A stretch of DNA of 64,000 nucleotides, taken from contig NC_043018.1 of the NCBI RefSeq assembly GCF_006345805.1, positions 8,866,001 through 8,930,000 of the forward strand. Direction: 5' to 3'. Below are positions 26,139-39,377 of the stretch, one piece after another. Position numbers and translations under genes: made by a program. Source of the stretch: Octopus sinensis. Lineage: Eukaryota. The notes under the pieces are model-generated. The model saw only the letters and a program-made list of their open reading frames with translations. It had not been told where the DNA came from and ran no database searches. Within the stretch, counting starts at the first letter, position 1. Every line of letters begins with the position of its first letter.

Positions 26139-26546
26139 CATATATGTGTGCATGTATATCTCAGTGCTTGAAATTCTGAGGCGTTAATTACTAGGTTGGT
26201 CCAGGGCTAGGAGAGAGCAACTACTGCGAAAGTTGAATGTCACCATAGTGTGAGAAAGTCGACAGGATAGGCTTATTTTAGAAAGACATCTACTGCATAC
26301 CAAAAGACATTAGGTTGTTGTTGTTCTTGTAGCTGTTGTTGTTGTTGTTTTAATATATAAAAGTTTAAAAAAAACAAACAACGTAACATACTCTCCTCAT
26401 ACAATTTTTATATCAAAGTAAATGTCTCCCTTTATTTATTTATTTATATCTATTTACTCATCATTGTTAATGGGACGGTGGAGTGAGAGAGAGAAACTAG
26501 TAAACGATTGGACTAAATAGTTTTACTGTATATTTAGTCACATTCT

Positions 26547-27265
26547 GGCTGTGTGGTAAGAAGCTTGCTTCCTAACCACGTGGTTCTGTGTTCAGTTTCA
26601 TTGTTATCCAGCCCATTTCAGCATGGAACATGGACATTAAATGGTGATGGCCTGAGAAAAATGAAAGGCAAAGTTGACCTTGACAGGATTTGAACTAGAA
26701 AAGATACTACAAGATATTTTGTCTGATACTCTACTGACTTTGCCAAGCCACTGCTGCTGGGTGGTGGTGGTAGCAGCAGTGGTAGTGACAGTGGTGGTGG
26801 CAGCAGCAGTAGTGGTAGTGGCAGCAGTGGTGGTGGTTCCTTATAATTTTAATAATTGACAATGGTGATGATTATGATATGACAATAACAGCAGAGACAG
26901 TGATGATGATGATTGGATGACAGTTTTTTTTTTGCCACCATGGGCAAGTCTCTTCTACTATAGCTTCAGGCTGACCAAAACCATGAGAGTAGATTTGATT
27001 GATGAAAACTGAAAGAGACCTATCATATATACACATATATATATATGTATATATTTGTGTGTCTGTGTTTGTCCCCCTTCCATCACTTGATGCTGGTGTG
27101 TTTATATCCCTGTAACTTAGTGGTTCAGTCAAAGAGACCGATAGAATAAGTACTAAACTTACAAAGGATAAGTCCTGGGGTCGATTTCTTTGACTAAAAC
27201 CCTTTAAGGTGGTGCTCCAGCATGGCCACAGTCAAATGACTGAAACAAGTACAAGAAATAAAAGA
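26547..27265 (+). mobile_element. SINE family A interrupted by an inverted local copy
   Basis: Head at 26547-26603; the body resumes at 26934 (GCCACCATGGGCAAGT). Confidence 0.8.
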
Positions 27266-27571
27266 AATATGATCAGCGTGGCTGAATTCACTTATCTGCC
27301 ACTCGTCCAAAGCCCTGGAGTAATAACCAAAACAAATATGAATCAGTACCAGATATATACTGGTGTCGATTCAACTGATTACACTTACTCGTTCCCAATC
27401 TCCCACCGCCCTCTCTTCAAAGAAATGTTTGTGCTGGGTTAACTATTTTGATGCCAACCTGTCAAACGTCATCCCTCGTCCTCTGACGCGTACAGAAAAC
27501 CCTACTTTTTCCGTCAAGGGTTTATATGCTCCAATATTAGACTATTTTCTTTATTCTATACACAGTCATTG

Positions 27572-27968
27572 CTTACTCTTTTACTTGCTTCAGTCATTTG
27601 ACTGTAGCCATGCTGGAACACCGCCTTTAGTTGAGCAAATCAACCCCAGGACTTTGTAAGCCTAGTACTTATTATGTCGGTCTCTTTTGCTGAACCATTA
27701 AGTGACAGGGACATAAACACACCAGCATCGGTTGTCAAGTGATGTTGGGGGGGCAAACACAGACACACAAACATATACACACACATATATATATACATAT
27801 ATACGATGGGCTTCTTTCAGTTTCCGTCTACCAAATCTACTCACAAGGCTTTGGTCAGCCCGGGGCTATAGCAGAAGACACTTGCCCAAGGTGCCACGCA
27901 GTGGGACTGAACGCGGAACCATGTGGTTGATAAGCAAATTACTTACCACACAGCCACTCCTACACCTA
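27572..27968 (-). mobile_element. SINE family A
   Basis: Reverse-complement match to family A. Confidence 0.88.
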
Positions 27969-28212
27969 TAAACTTTAAGTTTATAGAATATTATTATTAT
28001 TATTTATAGAATTGTAAAACTCTTCGCCGCTTACCAAATCATCACAGAAAGTGCACATTTGTTTACAAAACTTTTTGCTTTAAGGGATCTAAATTAAAAC
28101 CGTCCACCAAAATTCCATGTTGACTTGTGTTCCAAACACCAACTTAGTACATAATGATACTTATTTTACAATTTTAGTTATTTTCAAAATTAATTGAAAC
28201 TAAGGCAATATA

Positions 28213-28722
28213 CATTATTTACATTCGACGGATATTTGTCCTCATCTTGTTTGTTGTTAACACGTTTCAGTTGATATACCCTCCAGCCTTCTTCAGATGT
28301 CTTGGGGGAAATTTTGAACCTGGGTTCTCATTCCTAAGGTATTTTTCGATGTTATTATTATTATTATTCTTGTTATTGTTCAGGTCACTGCCTGGAATCG
28401 AACTCGGAATCTTGGGGTTAGTAGCCCACACTCTTAACCACTACACCACCGGCATATGGCATAATGGTTAACAGCGCGGGCTACTAACTCCAAGATTCTG
28501 AGTTCGATTCCAGGCAGTGACCTGAATAATAATAATAATAACAACAACAAGATTGAAAAAATACCTCAGAAATGAAAACCCAGGTTTGAAATTTCCCAAG
28601 ACACCTGAAAAAGGCTGGAGGGTATATCAGCTGAAACGTGTTAACAACAAACAAGATGAGGACAAATATCCATCGAATGTAAATAATGTACATAATTCCT
28701 CATCTCTTAAATACAGAACTGA
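28213..28722. mobile_element. Palindromic head-to-head tRNA-headed element with Penelope-like hammerhead-type tails
   Basis: The ~235-bp arms 28211-28448 and 28457-28690 are reverse complements; Pol III A and B boxes on both strands; TSD-like AAGGCAATATA / AAGGCAGTATA at 28202 and 28723. Confidence 0.8.
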
Positions 28723-28904
28723 AAGGCAGTATATTTCAGAAATATAGTAACAAAAGGATTGAAGTGATTTAAATTAAAAACTTCCAGCAAAATCTGTTAA
28801 TTTAAGTTCCAAACACCACTTTAATTATATCAAAGTTATTTTACTAAATTTGTCATTATTTTCAAAATTAATTGAAACGAAGTTCGTGGATTTCTGCTAG
28901 GAAT

Positions 28905-29170
28905 CATCATTATCTTCGTTTAGCATCCGCTTTCCATGCTACCATGGGTTGGACAGTTCAACTGGAGTCTGGGAAGCCAGAAGGCTGCACCAGGCTCAGT
29001 CTGATCTGGCAATCTTTCTATGGCTGGATGCCCTTCCTAACGCCAACCACTCCATGAGTGTAGTAGGTGCTTTTTACATGCCACCGGCACGGGGGCGAGG
29101 CGAGGCGGGCAAACGGCTGTGATTGGATGGTGCTTTTTACGTGCCACCAGCACGGGGGCCAGGCAAATGG
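28905..29170 (-). mobile_element. SINE family C
   Basis: CGTTTAGCATCCGCTTTCCATGCT..GGATGCCCTTCCTAACGCC with GGTGCTTTTTAC subrepeats. Confidence 0.8.
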
Positions 29171-29919
29171 TCGCAAAAGAGTAAATAGTAACATAGTTAT
29201 TTCACCAAATTCTTCATTGTTTTTGATAATTCATTGAAACAATGGCAATGGATTTCAACAGAAATATGGTCAGGAAAGGGTTAAATGTTGATTGCTATGT
29301 AGTTTTTTTAATCTTAATATTCTGAATTCAGTTCTCAGTGGGAGCTCAGACTTGGTCTTTCATCTCTCCAGGTTCTCTGTAAAACATCTAGATATGTGTT
29401 TGTTACATGCTGGGAGTCATTTAATTGACGTCAGTACCTATCTCATAAAAAACACACAAAAAAAAACTGTCATCCAATCATCATCATCATTGCCATCATC
29501 ATCATCACTGTCTCTGCTTTTATTGTCATATCATAATCATCACCATTGTCAATTATTAAAAATATAAGGAACCACCACCACTGCTGCCACTACCACTACT
29601 GCTGCTGCCACCACCACCACAACCACTACTGCTGCTACCACCACCACCACCACCACCCAGCAGCAGTGGCTTGGCAAAGTCAGTAGAGCATCAGACAAAA
29701 TATCTTGCAGTATCTTTTCTAGTTCAAATCCTGCCGAGGTCAACTTCGCCTTTCATTTTTCTCAGGCCATCACCATTTAATGTCCATGTTCCATGCTGAA
29801 ATGGGCTGGATAACCAATGAAATAAAGTCCTAGTCAAGTACTGGGGTCAGGTGGAATCAACTGATCCCTTCCTCCTGAATTTCTCATTTTGTGCTGTGTA
29901 GGATTTTTTCTCATTAATA

Positions 29920-30795
29920 AGGCAGCACAATGGCAGGATCATTGGAACTCCAAACAAAATGCTTAGCGGCACTTTTTCTGGCTTCATGTTCTCAGTTCAA
30001 ATTCTACCAAGGTCAACTTTGCCTTTCATTCTTTTGGGCTCAATAGCATAAGTACTAGTTGAGCACTGGGGTTGATATAATCAACTAGCCCACTTACCTC
30101 TAAATTTCAGGTCTTGTGCCTGTAGTCGAAAGGGTTGTTATTATTATTATTATTATTATTTTAAGGCAGTGAGCTGGCAGAAACGTTAGCACGCCGGGCG
30201 AAATGTTTATTGGTATTTCATCTGCTGTTATGTTCTAAGTTCATATTCCGCTGGGGTCAACTTTACCTTTCATCCTTTTGGGGTCGATTAAATAAGTACC
30301 AGTTACGCACTGGGGTCGATATAATCGACTTAATCCGTTTGTCTGTCCTTGTTTGTCCTCTCTGTGTTTAGCCCCTTGTGGATTGTAAAGAAATAGGTAT
30401 TTCGTCTGCCGCTACGTTCTGAGTTCAAATTCCTCTGTGGTCATCCTTTTGGGGGTCAATTAAATAAGTATCAGTTATGCACTAGGGTCAATGTAATCAA
30501 CTTAGTCCCTTTATTCTGTCCTTGTTTGTCCCCTCTGTGTTTAGCCCCTGTGGGCAATAAAGAAATAATAATTATTATTGGTCGTGAGCTAACAAAATGG
30601 TTAGCATGCTGGACAAAACGCTTAGTGGCATTTCATTTGTCTTTGTGTTCTGAGCTCAAATTCCACTGAGATCAACTTTATTTCATCCTTTTGGAATCGA
30701 TAGAATAAGGACCAGTTGTGCACAGGGGTTAACGAAAGCGACTAGTTCCCCTCAACCAAAATTTCAGGCCTTGTGCCTTAAGTAGAAAGAGTCGT
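29920..30795 (+). mobile_element. Three tandem family B SINE copies
   Basis: Heads at about 29920, 30164 and 30580, each with B box and central domain. Confidence 0.82.
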
Positions 30796-31188
30796 TAATA
30801 TATAGGACAGTGGTTTGCTAGAATCATGAGAGTACCAGATAAAATACTTTAATATTTCTCATTAGTAGAACTTAATTTTACATGGTAAACCAAATAACCA
30901 TTGGCAAATGTTACTGTGAACTATGTCACTTTACTTGTCCTCCTACCTACAGCTATTTAGTTTGGGTTGTCTGGTGTTCAGTATCTTGACTTATTACAAT
31001 ACCAGAAACAGGAAATGGAACAATTGACCATTTTGGCTGGTATTTTACTACTCTGTCAACCTTCCATACACTTCTTTATAAAATATGTAAATGTGTTCGT
31101 AAGCTCTTAAAAGGCCCTCTTTGGAACTATTTTTGCTTCTTATTTTATGGAGTGAAGTGGGTGAGATAAATCTCTGCTCTCTATAGAG

Positions 31189-31407
31189 CAGTGGTTTTCA
31201 ACCAGGGTTCCGCGGAACCTTAGGGTTCTGCCAGTATAGTCTAGGGGTTCCGCATGAAGTTACAAAACTGCTAAAATCAGCAGTAATTTTTAATTTTCCT
31301 GTGCATATATGTGTGCATAAGACTATTAAATTATTGCACAGGGGTTCCCCGAGCCAGTGGAATGTTTCCTTGGGGTTCCGCTCCAGCAAAACGTTTGAAA
31401 AGCACTG
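31189..31407. mobile_element. hAT (Charlie-like) MITE
   Basis: TIR CAGTGGTTTTCAA / TTGAAAAGCACTG; perfect 8-bp TSD CTATAGAG. Confidence 0.9.
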
Positions 31408-31668
31408 CTATAGAGTGATGGTCTATGTTCTTTGGATTATGTTCTTTGTTAGATGTGTTCATCTCTGTCCAGACAGCTGGGTGACCTGAAGCTGGCAAAG
31501 AAATACCTCTTGCTTGTTTGAACCAATATAATACATTCATTGAGTTCATAATGAAATGTCATTTCGGCACAGATCATTTTACTTGTACTGTGTACTGGTC
31601 ATTGTATAATCTGTTTCATATTCGAGTTAAACCTTCATTATAACTCTCAACAACAGCGAAGGAAATCG

Positions 31669-32086
31669 GGATCTTTTCGGTTTGAACAGCAGTTTTTAAC
31701 ATAATTTCTAGGTAACTAAAAAATGTTAAACTTCGTATACTGGTAGAATGTGTTTATAAAACATCTTTTTCTCTTGGCTTTATTGAGAAAATTCTATAGT
31801 TTGTAAGATATTTGTTGTTGTTTTTTCTTCAATTTCTGCAATTTCAACCAATCACTGACGTCCATTGAGGTGAAAACATTCTGTGCTGTATGAATATGTC
31901 CCTCGTTTAAGAAACAGATTGGGTTTATTTACATTTCTGAAGAAAAAAAGATACCTTTCCCTCTAACCAACCCTAACTAACCCTAAAACAGATTGAAATG
32001 CAATAGATCGATACTAGGGTCATAATTATGGGTGACAATTTCATATGACACCGCTAGAAAAAACTGCCGTTCAAACGAAAAGATCT
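31669..32086. mobile_element. Merlin-like MITE, 8-bp TSD
   Basis: TIRs present; GGAAATCG at 31661-31668 and 32087-32094. Confidence 0.9.
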
Positions 32087-32454
32087 GGAAATCGTAACAT
32101 TGTATTTCAATATTCATTGGCTCTCCCTTGGTTATGATGACGAGGGTTCCAATTGATCCAATCGATGGAACAGCCTGCTCATGGAATTAACATGTAAGTG
32201 GATGAGTATTCCACAGACATATGTATCTTTAACATAGTTCTCCAGCAGATTCAATAAGATACAAGGCTGACCCTTTGAAATACAGTTACTACTCATTTTT
32301 TCCAGCTGAGTGGACTGGAGCAAAGTGAAATAAAGTGTTCTGAGTTCAATTCCTGACGTGGCTCTAGGAATTGGACTCATGACTTTATGATTGCAAACCA
32401 AATACCCTAACTATGTCTATATATATGTGTGTGTGTGTGTGTGTATATATTTTG

Positions 32455-33018
32455 TTTCTTATACTTGTTTCGGTCATTTGACTGTGGCCATGCTGGAGCA
32501 CCGCCTTGAAGGGTTTTAGTCAAACAAATCAACCCCAGGACTTATTTCTTTTTTAAAGCCTAATACTTATTCCACTGGCCTCTTTTGCTGAACTGTTAAG
32601 TTATGGGGATGTAAACACACCCACACTGGTTGTCAAGCAGTAATGGGGTGGGGGGCAAACACAGACACAAAAATACACACACACTCACGCACACATATAT
32701 ACATGATGGGCTTCTTTCAGTTTCTATCTACCAAATCTACTCACAAGTAGATGGAATAGACTTCACGATCAAAGACATTCCAGTCGTGACTATCCACTCT
32801 TTTTTCCACACATCCAATTCTTTCACTGGTTTCAATCATTTGACTGCGACCATGCTGGAGCAATGCTTTTTAGCCGAAGAAATCGCCTCCAGGACTTATT
32901 CTTTGTAAGCCTGATATTTATTTTATCGGTCTCTTTTGCCAAACCGCTAAGTTACAGGGACGTAAATACACCAACATTGGTTGTCAAGTGATGGTGGGGG
33001 TGACAAACAGGCACAAAA

Positions 33019-33050
<32 letters not shown>

Positions 33051-33185
33051 GATGGGCTTCTTTCAGTTTCTGTCTACCAAATCTACTCGTAAAGCTTTGG
33101 TCGGCCCGAGGCTATAGTAGACGACACTTGCCCAAGGTTCCACACAGTGGGACTGAACCCAGGACCTTGTGGTTGGGAAGCAAAT
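32455..33185 (-). mobile_element. Two family A SINE segments joined by a flank shared with 14860-14930
   Basis: The first copy breaks at 32747; ~75 bp of shared flank follows, then a second copy. Confidence 0.8.
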
Positions 33186-34044
33186 ATGCGTGTGTGTGTA
33201 TGTAGTAGTAGTAGTAGTGTATATAATCTAGTGAACATGCAAAAATATGCTCTATTCTATGTAAGTGTTATAAGAAAATATTCCGAGATATATTTTATGA
33301 TACACATACACACACACACATGTAATCAGAGAGTGAATATTCATTTTCCCCGACCGCAGAGGGAATACCAACTTCTAACCACTTATACTATACACAAACT
33401 GGGATTGAACTAAATTGGTTTGCCCTAAATTGCATAACAGTGCAAATTTTGGCAATGGGAATAGTTAATTAGCAGAAGCATTACAAGACATCAGTTTTAA
33501 CAGAGATGTAAGTTAAACTAATGGAGAGTTGCTTTTACTAAACCCACACATCATTTTTAGGTTTGCTGTGTAAAGTAGAAACTGCAGTTAAATCAGGTTT
33601 TTCTCTCTCTGAAGCCAGAAAAATAAAGGTCAACTTCATTGTTAATTATTCACATTGCTAATGTTGGTACCATTATGCAAATTAGGACAGGCCAATTTTG
33701 AATTCTACGCAGGTGCTGATTTATTTCTCATTCATGTTATGTTATGAAACGAAAATTAAGAATCATTTGTTGGGGGACATTTACTATTTACTATAACATA
33801 AGGGGACAAATTACACAAAGTAAATGCTTTATATTTATTATTACATCATTATCATTTTAACATCCATTTTCCTTATGACTGCATGGGTCGGATGAAGTTT
33901 GTTGAAGCAGATTTTTTATGGCTGGACGGATGCTCTTCCTGTTACCAACCTCCATCTTTTTTCCAAGTAAGGTAATATTTCCCCATGAAAAGACATGTTT
34001 CCCACAGAAGACTGAAAAATGAGCAACATCAGCATCATTTGTGC

Positions 34045-34427
34045 GATGCTTAGCGGTGTTTCGTCTGCCGTTACGTTCTGAGTTCAAATTCCGCCGTGGT
34101 CGACTTTGCCTTTCATCCTTTCGGGATCGATAAATTAAGTACCAGTTATGCACTGGGGTCAATGTAACCGACTTAATCCGTTTGTCTGTCCTTGTTTGTC
34201 CCCCTCTGTGTTTAGCCCCTTGTGGGTAGTGAAGAAATAGGTATTTCGTCTGCCGTTATGTTCTGAGTTCAAATTCCGCCATGGTCGACTTTGCCTTTCA
34301 TCCTTTCGGGATCGATAAATTAAGTACCAGTCACGCACTGGGGTCAATGTAACCAACTTAATCCGTTTGTCTGTCCTTGTTTGTCCCCCTCTGTGTTTAG
34401 CCCCTTGTGGGTAGTAAAGAAATAGGT
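34045..34427 (+). mobile_element. SINE family B, internal dimer
   Basis: A ~187-bp unit is repeated twice. Confidence 0.85.
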
Positions 34428-34510
34428 AATGTTCATTTGTAGCCATCATGTAATGCCAGATAAGAATGGGTGTGCACGCATGCATGCACACACACACACA
34501 CACACACACA

Positions 34511-34683
34511 CTGTATTTTCTGGCATACAAATTGATGTAGTGTAAGTATTCAAACGTAAGCATTTTCTTTCCAAATCCTGCTGTATTTCATTTGGAACTT
34601 TTGATTCTCCAAAGTTCTCTTCATGTATAAGTTTTGGCTGGAAAATTTGGTCTGAAAATCTGACTTGTATGCCAAAAATACAG
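34511..34683. mobile_element. pogo/Tc2-like MITE
   Basis: TIR CTGTATTTTCTGGCATACAA / TTGTATGCCAAAAATACAG. Confidence 0.6.
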
Positions 34684-34814
34684 AGTGTCTGCATGAGTGT
34701 ATACACATACATATACATACATACATACATACATATACATACATATATACACTCACATGATGGGCTTCTTTAAAAAGCAGTATATTTCATAAAAATATGG
34801 TAACTTGTCATTTC

Positions 34815-35021
34815 TCTCTTACTTGTTTCACTCATTGGACTGTGGCCATGTTGGAAAGCCACCTTGAAGGGTTTTGTTGAATAAATCAACTCCACTACTT
34901 TTTTTTTTTTTTTTAAAGTTTGGTACTTATCGGTGTCTCTCACAGAACCACTAAGTTACAGGGACATAAACAAACCAATACTGGTTGTCAAGCAATAGTA
35001 GGGCAAACATACAAAACAGAC

Positions 35022-35059
<38 letters not shown>

Positions 35060-35245
35060 TCACACACAATCTCACACACAAACACTCACACAATGGGCTT
35101 CTTTCAGTTTCTGTGCACAAAATCCACTCACAAGGCTCTGGGCTATAGTAGAAGACACTTTCCCCAAAGTGCCACACACTGGGACTGAACCCTAGATCAC
35201 ATGGTCGAGAAGCAAGCTTCTTAACCACATATCAACACCTGTGCC
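34815..35245 (-). mobile_element. Old SINE family A copy
   Basis: Degenerate family A motifs. Confidence 0.75.
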
Positions 35246-35538
35246 CCAGGAACATATTTTTCAAATTATCAAATATAACTACTACTACTACTACTACTAC
35301 TACTACAATAATAATGTCCTTTTTGCTTCTTTTGGGGTTTCAGATTGTTTTATTAGAATGTAAATGATTGGATTGACTGCCACCATTGAGCAATTTGGAA
35401 TTGACCTGTGTACGGAAGCTGTCAAAAAACAGGGATTATCCAGAAATCATGGTGGATGGAAATGTAGGGACTTCGAAGTGAAGCTCACTGCTATGAAAAT
35501 AAATCATGTCTTGTGATGAGTGTCCGATCTCTCTAGGG

Positions 35539-35707
35539 CAGGGTTTCCCAACCAGGAGTGCAAGATAGCATTCAAGGGGGTGCAAGCAGGGCCGGATTTA
35601 TAGAGGGCCAGTGAGGGCAAAATCCCCAGGCACCTTTATTCTTAATATAAATTATTAGTTTAAAAGTTTTTAGGGGTGCAGGGCATAAAAAAGGTTGGGA
35701 ACCACTT
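35539..35707. mobile_element. hAT MITE
   Basis: CAGGGTTTCCCAACC / GGTTGGGAACCACT; imperfect TSD CTCTAGGG / CATTAGGG. Confidence 0.7.
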
Positions 35708-36229
35708 CATTAGGGTATCATTTGCAGATAATTTGCTGAGTATCGGTGGTGTTATTTTGACGACTTTTGGTTGTTTGGTTTTAAAGGCGGTGCTCCAGCA
35801 TGGCTGCAGTCAAATGACTGAAACAAGTAAAAGAGTAAAGCGTAAACTAAATATCTGAAGTAGGTTTGAAATCACAAAGATGAGATTAGTTCTACAATCT
35901 GAAGTGGTGTAATTGAAAATATGTTGAAGAGGGATTTATCTAGATACAAGCTCTGATATTAATAGATGAGATTTTGTGATATTTATACATTTTTCTCATG
36001 GACATTAGTGACCTAGCTAAAGCAAGATAAATTAGTTAGGTTGCAACAATCCTGTTGTGGATATAAACGTGGCATGTATAGTCTGGAAGTGGGCCACAAG
36101 TTTTTGAAAATTTGTTTTATAAAGCATAGCATTTAGACATGCATATTTCTTTACAATTAAGGGCAATGCAAGCCTCTGCTTGTTTTAAAACAATTTTATT
36201 ACTTGATATTTATGTAACAAAACTATAGC

Positions 36230-36537
36230 ACTTGTGCTGGTGGCACGTGAAATATTCATGCGAGGTCGTCGCCAGTGCCACTGGACTGGCTCCTGTGCAG
36301 GTGGCACATAAAAAGCACCATTTGGGCGTGGCCATTGCCAGTACCACCAAACTGGCCCTCATGCCAGTGGCACATAAAAGCACCCACTACACTCTCGGAG
36401 TGGTTGGTGTTAGGAAGAGCATCCAGCTGTAGACACTTCCAGATCAGATTGGAGTCTGGTTCGCCAGACCTCAGTCAAATCGTCCAACCCATGCTAGCAT
36501 GGAAAGCGGACGTTAAATGATGATGATGATGATGATG
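36230..36537 (+). mobile_element. SINE family C
   Basis: Family C 3' end with (GAT)n tail. Confidence 0.8.
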
Positions 36538-36944
36538 TGTTGTATCACTTTTAGCATCTTATTCAGTGTGCAGTGGATTAGAAAAGATTGTAAATCACTG
36601 CTCTGTAATAAGGGATATAAAGGCACATGGCCTAATGGCTAATGCTTCCCTCTCAATCAAAAAATTCATAGGTTCAATTTCTGGACCAGGCAGCTTGTAT
36701 CCTCGAGCAAGGTCCTTTTGCACATTACTTAAAACCAGTACCAGCCTAGTGCTGGTGCAGCTCTCCCCCTGTCTCCAGCAGACACCTCATTGATGTTATG
36801 CTAGGTCACGGGACCAAGAACTGACAGGGTGTCTGTACCTTCATGTGAACACTTATACCCTTAAAACATTCAGCAAAAGTGTGATATAAGCAAGCAGGTC
36901 ATACTCACTTGTGAGTGACAATTAAGTGTAAGAAGGCATTAAAG

Positions 36945-37342
36945 GTGGGATCAGAAACCTGGACGTTATCAAAGAAGCTTGAGAGGCGGTTGGATGGAAC
37001 TTACACTTGCCTCCTTATGAGAGCTCAAAATCTCTCATGGAAGTGTCATCCAACCAAAGTACAAATATATGGGAAACTACCACCTGTGTCATCTCTTGTG
37101 AAAGGTAGAAGAGTCCAGTTTGCTGGACATTGTTGTAGAGCTGAAAACGAGGTAATTTCTACTCTTCTCCTCTGGAAGCCATCTGCTCGCGATACCAGAG
37201 AGCGCACACTCTCCTACCCTGATGTAATCTCCAGGGATACAGGCATCCAGCAACAGGACCTCCACAATGCTATGATGGACCATGGAATCTGGCGTAGCAT
37301 GGCAAATTCCATTGTCTCGACCACGGTCGAACAATGATGATG
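36945..37342 (+). pseudogene. 5'-truncated RTE/RTEX LINE, C-terminus of the RT ORF
   Basis: GSETWTLSKKLERRLDGTYT.LL...NLSW..H...YG.LP....RRVQFAGHC.R...LLLWKP, then a stop and TGATGA tail. Confidence 0.85.
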
Positions 37343-38649
37343 TTTGTATGACCTGGTAGGAAAATTCTTACCTCTGCCCAGCAGCATTTACCCTTCAGAT
37401 GAGATGGTTGATACAAATAAACTACTCTGTTACAAATTCATAGGTTGTGGTTTCAAATTTGCTTCGGATATTTCATTGTGATTCAGGACGGAACTTGTTT
37501 GTAATACTTTTTTTTTTCCCTTTTTTCCTGCAAGCAACCATTGCCTGGAATCATAAAGGGTCCATTCATATGCTTCTCTGTCCTTGGGATATAGAAACTT
37601 CAGTTTGATCGGGTGGTGGGGTTGTCGTCCCCTTTAACACCACCACTTGGTCCTTAAATATCTTTACTGGAATTTATTCCCCAGCAAGGATTCGGGTCAG
37701 GTCATTGATCTAAGGATAGGTCCCCCTCCCTCCTTCCTCCATCGCTCACAAAATCCCCGAAAAAGGTCAGAACCTCTGTCCTTCTTCCTTTGAATAAACC
37801 ATTTAAAAATATGGAAAAAGGAAAAAATAAAAAAGTAACTCATAATTAATTAGGTAAGAAAAAATACAAAAATATAATCTAAAATAATATTTAACATTAT
37901 TTCTCTTCCCCTTCTCCTTATACTCATCTTCTTCCTCTGCCCTCCCCCTTTCTACCCTCTCTCTATCACTCATGTCCTTCCATCTCTCATCTCCTACCAC
38001 CTCCTGTACTGACTGCACCATCTTCATCACTCGACATCCCTCATCCTACACTGGGTCTATGTATGAGAGATTCCATCTGACTAACCTCATCCTTCTATCA
38101 CACACACACCCATCTCTAGGCCATGTACAAGAGGCTTCTTCAAACTATCTTTGCCCATTGCATTTCTTCTTCTGCCAGTCATTACTCTCTCTCCCCATGT
38201 CCTCTTTATTATCATTCATCACCTTATTTACCTCTGTTGTTACCAGCCACACTCCTCCTTATCCCATCCAGCTATTCTTCGTTTTCTACCCTTTCTCCTT
38301 TCATCCACCCATTTTAGTCTTTCTATTGCCCTTTTCCTCTATATCCTTTCTAGGTCACTTGACTAAACGTACATTCCCTTAGGCTATTGAATACTTTCTC
38401 TCACTTACACTCTTTCCCCTCTTACACACCTGTTTCATGTCTCTCTCTCTCCTCTTATCCTCCTCTTCTAAACTCCTTTCATTGCTGAGTTTTCTCTTCC
38501 CTACATTTACAATGTACAAACCACCTTCTCCTATACTATGGCCATGGTATAGTCCTGCTCCCTATACTCCCACTAGAGTGATTGTGAGCAAGACAACCTC
38601 TGTAGTGGTGGTCACATGAAAACTAGATCCAGTCCAAACTGTAAATCAT

Positions 38650-38880
38650 CACCATCATCGTTTAACGTCCGCTTTCCATGCTAGCATGGGTTGGACGGTT
38701 CGACTGGGGTCTGGGAAGCCAGGAAGCTGCACCAGGTCCAGTCTGATCTGGCAATGTTTCTACGGCTGGATGTCCTAATGCCAACCACTCCGTGAGTGTA
38801 GTGGGTGCTTTTTACGTGCCAGGCGAGGCTGGCAAACGGCCACGATCGGATGGTGCTTTTTATGTGCTTTTTACGTAAAG
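38650..38880 (-). mobile_element. SINE family C
   Basis: CATCATCGTTTAACGTCCGCTTTCCATGCTAGCATGGG start. Confidence 0.82.
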
Positions 38881-39343
38881 TAATTGGCAAACAAGTAGAG
38901 AAATCACAAGGTTAAGTGGTCCATTTTGTCCTGTTTTGCTGAAGACTTAACCAACCTCTCTTAATGTTAGTCCAATACAAATTGCATTGATTACACCCAT
39001 GAGCAGTGGTTGGTGGATAGGAAGGGTATCTTGCTGGAGAAACCAAGCTAGAATTACGTGTATGAGCATTGGTGAATGGATGGGAACAGTGACTCTCAAT
39101 AAGGAATGGCTGGAACTGTGATGACTCATCCAACCCATGTCAGCATGGAAAGTAGGATTCAGTTATTCACACACACTCACACACACACACACACACACAT
39201 GCACACACACACACACACACTCACACACACACACTCACACACTCACACGTGAATGTATGTATATATTTATGTGTGTGTGTGTGTATATTATATATATATA
39301 TATATATACATTCATTCTTACAGTGTTATGAATACTTGCGTGG

Positions 39344-39377
<34 letters not shown>

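Noticed and set aside
28451-28523. Possible tRNA gene
   Set aside because: A and B boxes are present, but I could not form a proper acceptor stem and the sequence continues into a repeat body; treated as a SINE head.
36915-37337. Intact-looking 140-aa ORF as a host gene
   Set aside because: It is the 5'-truncated C-terminus of an RTE-type LINE ORF with its repeat tail.
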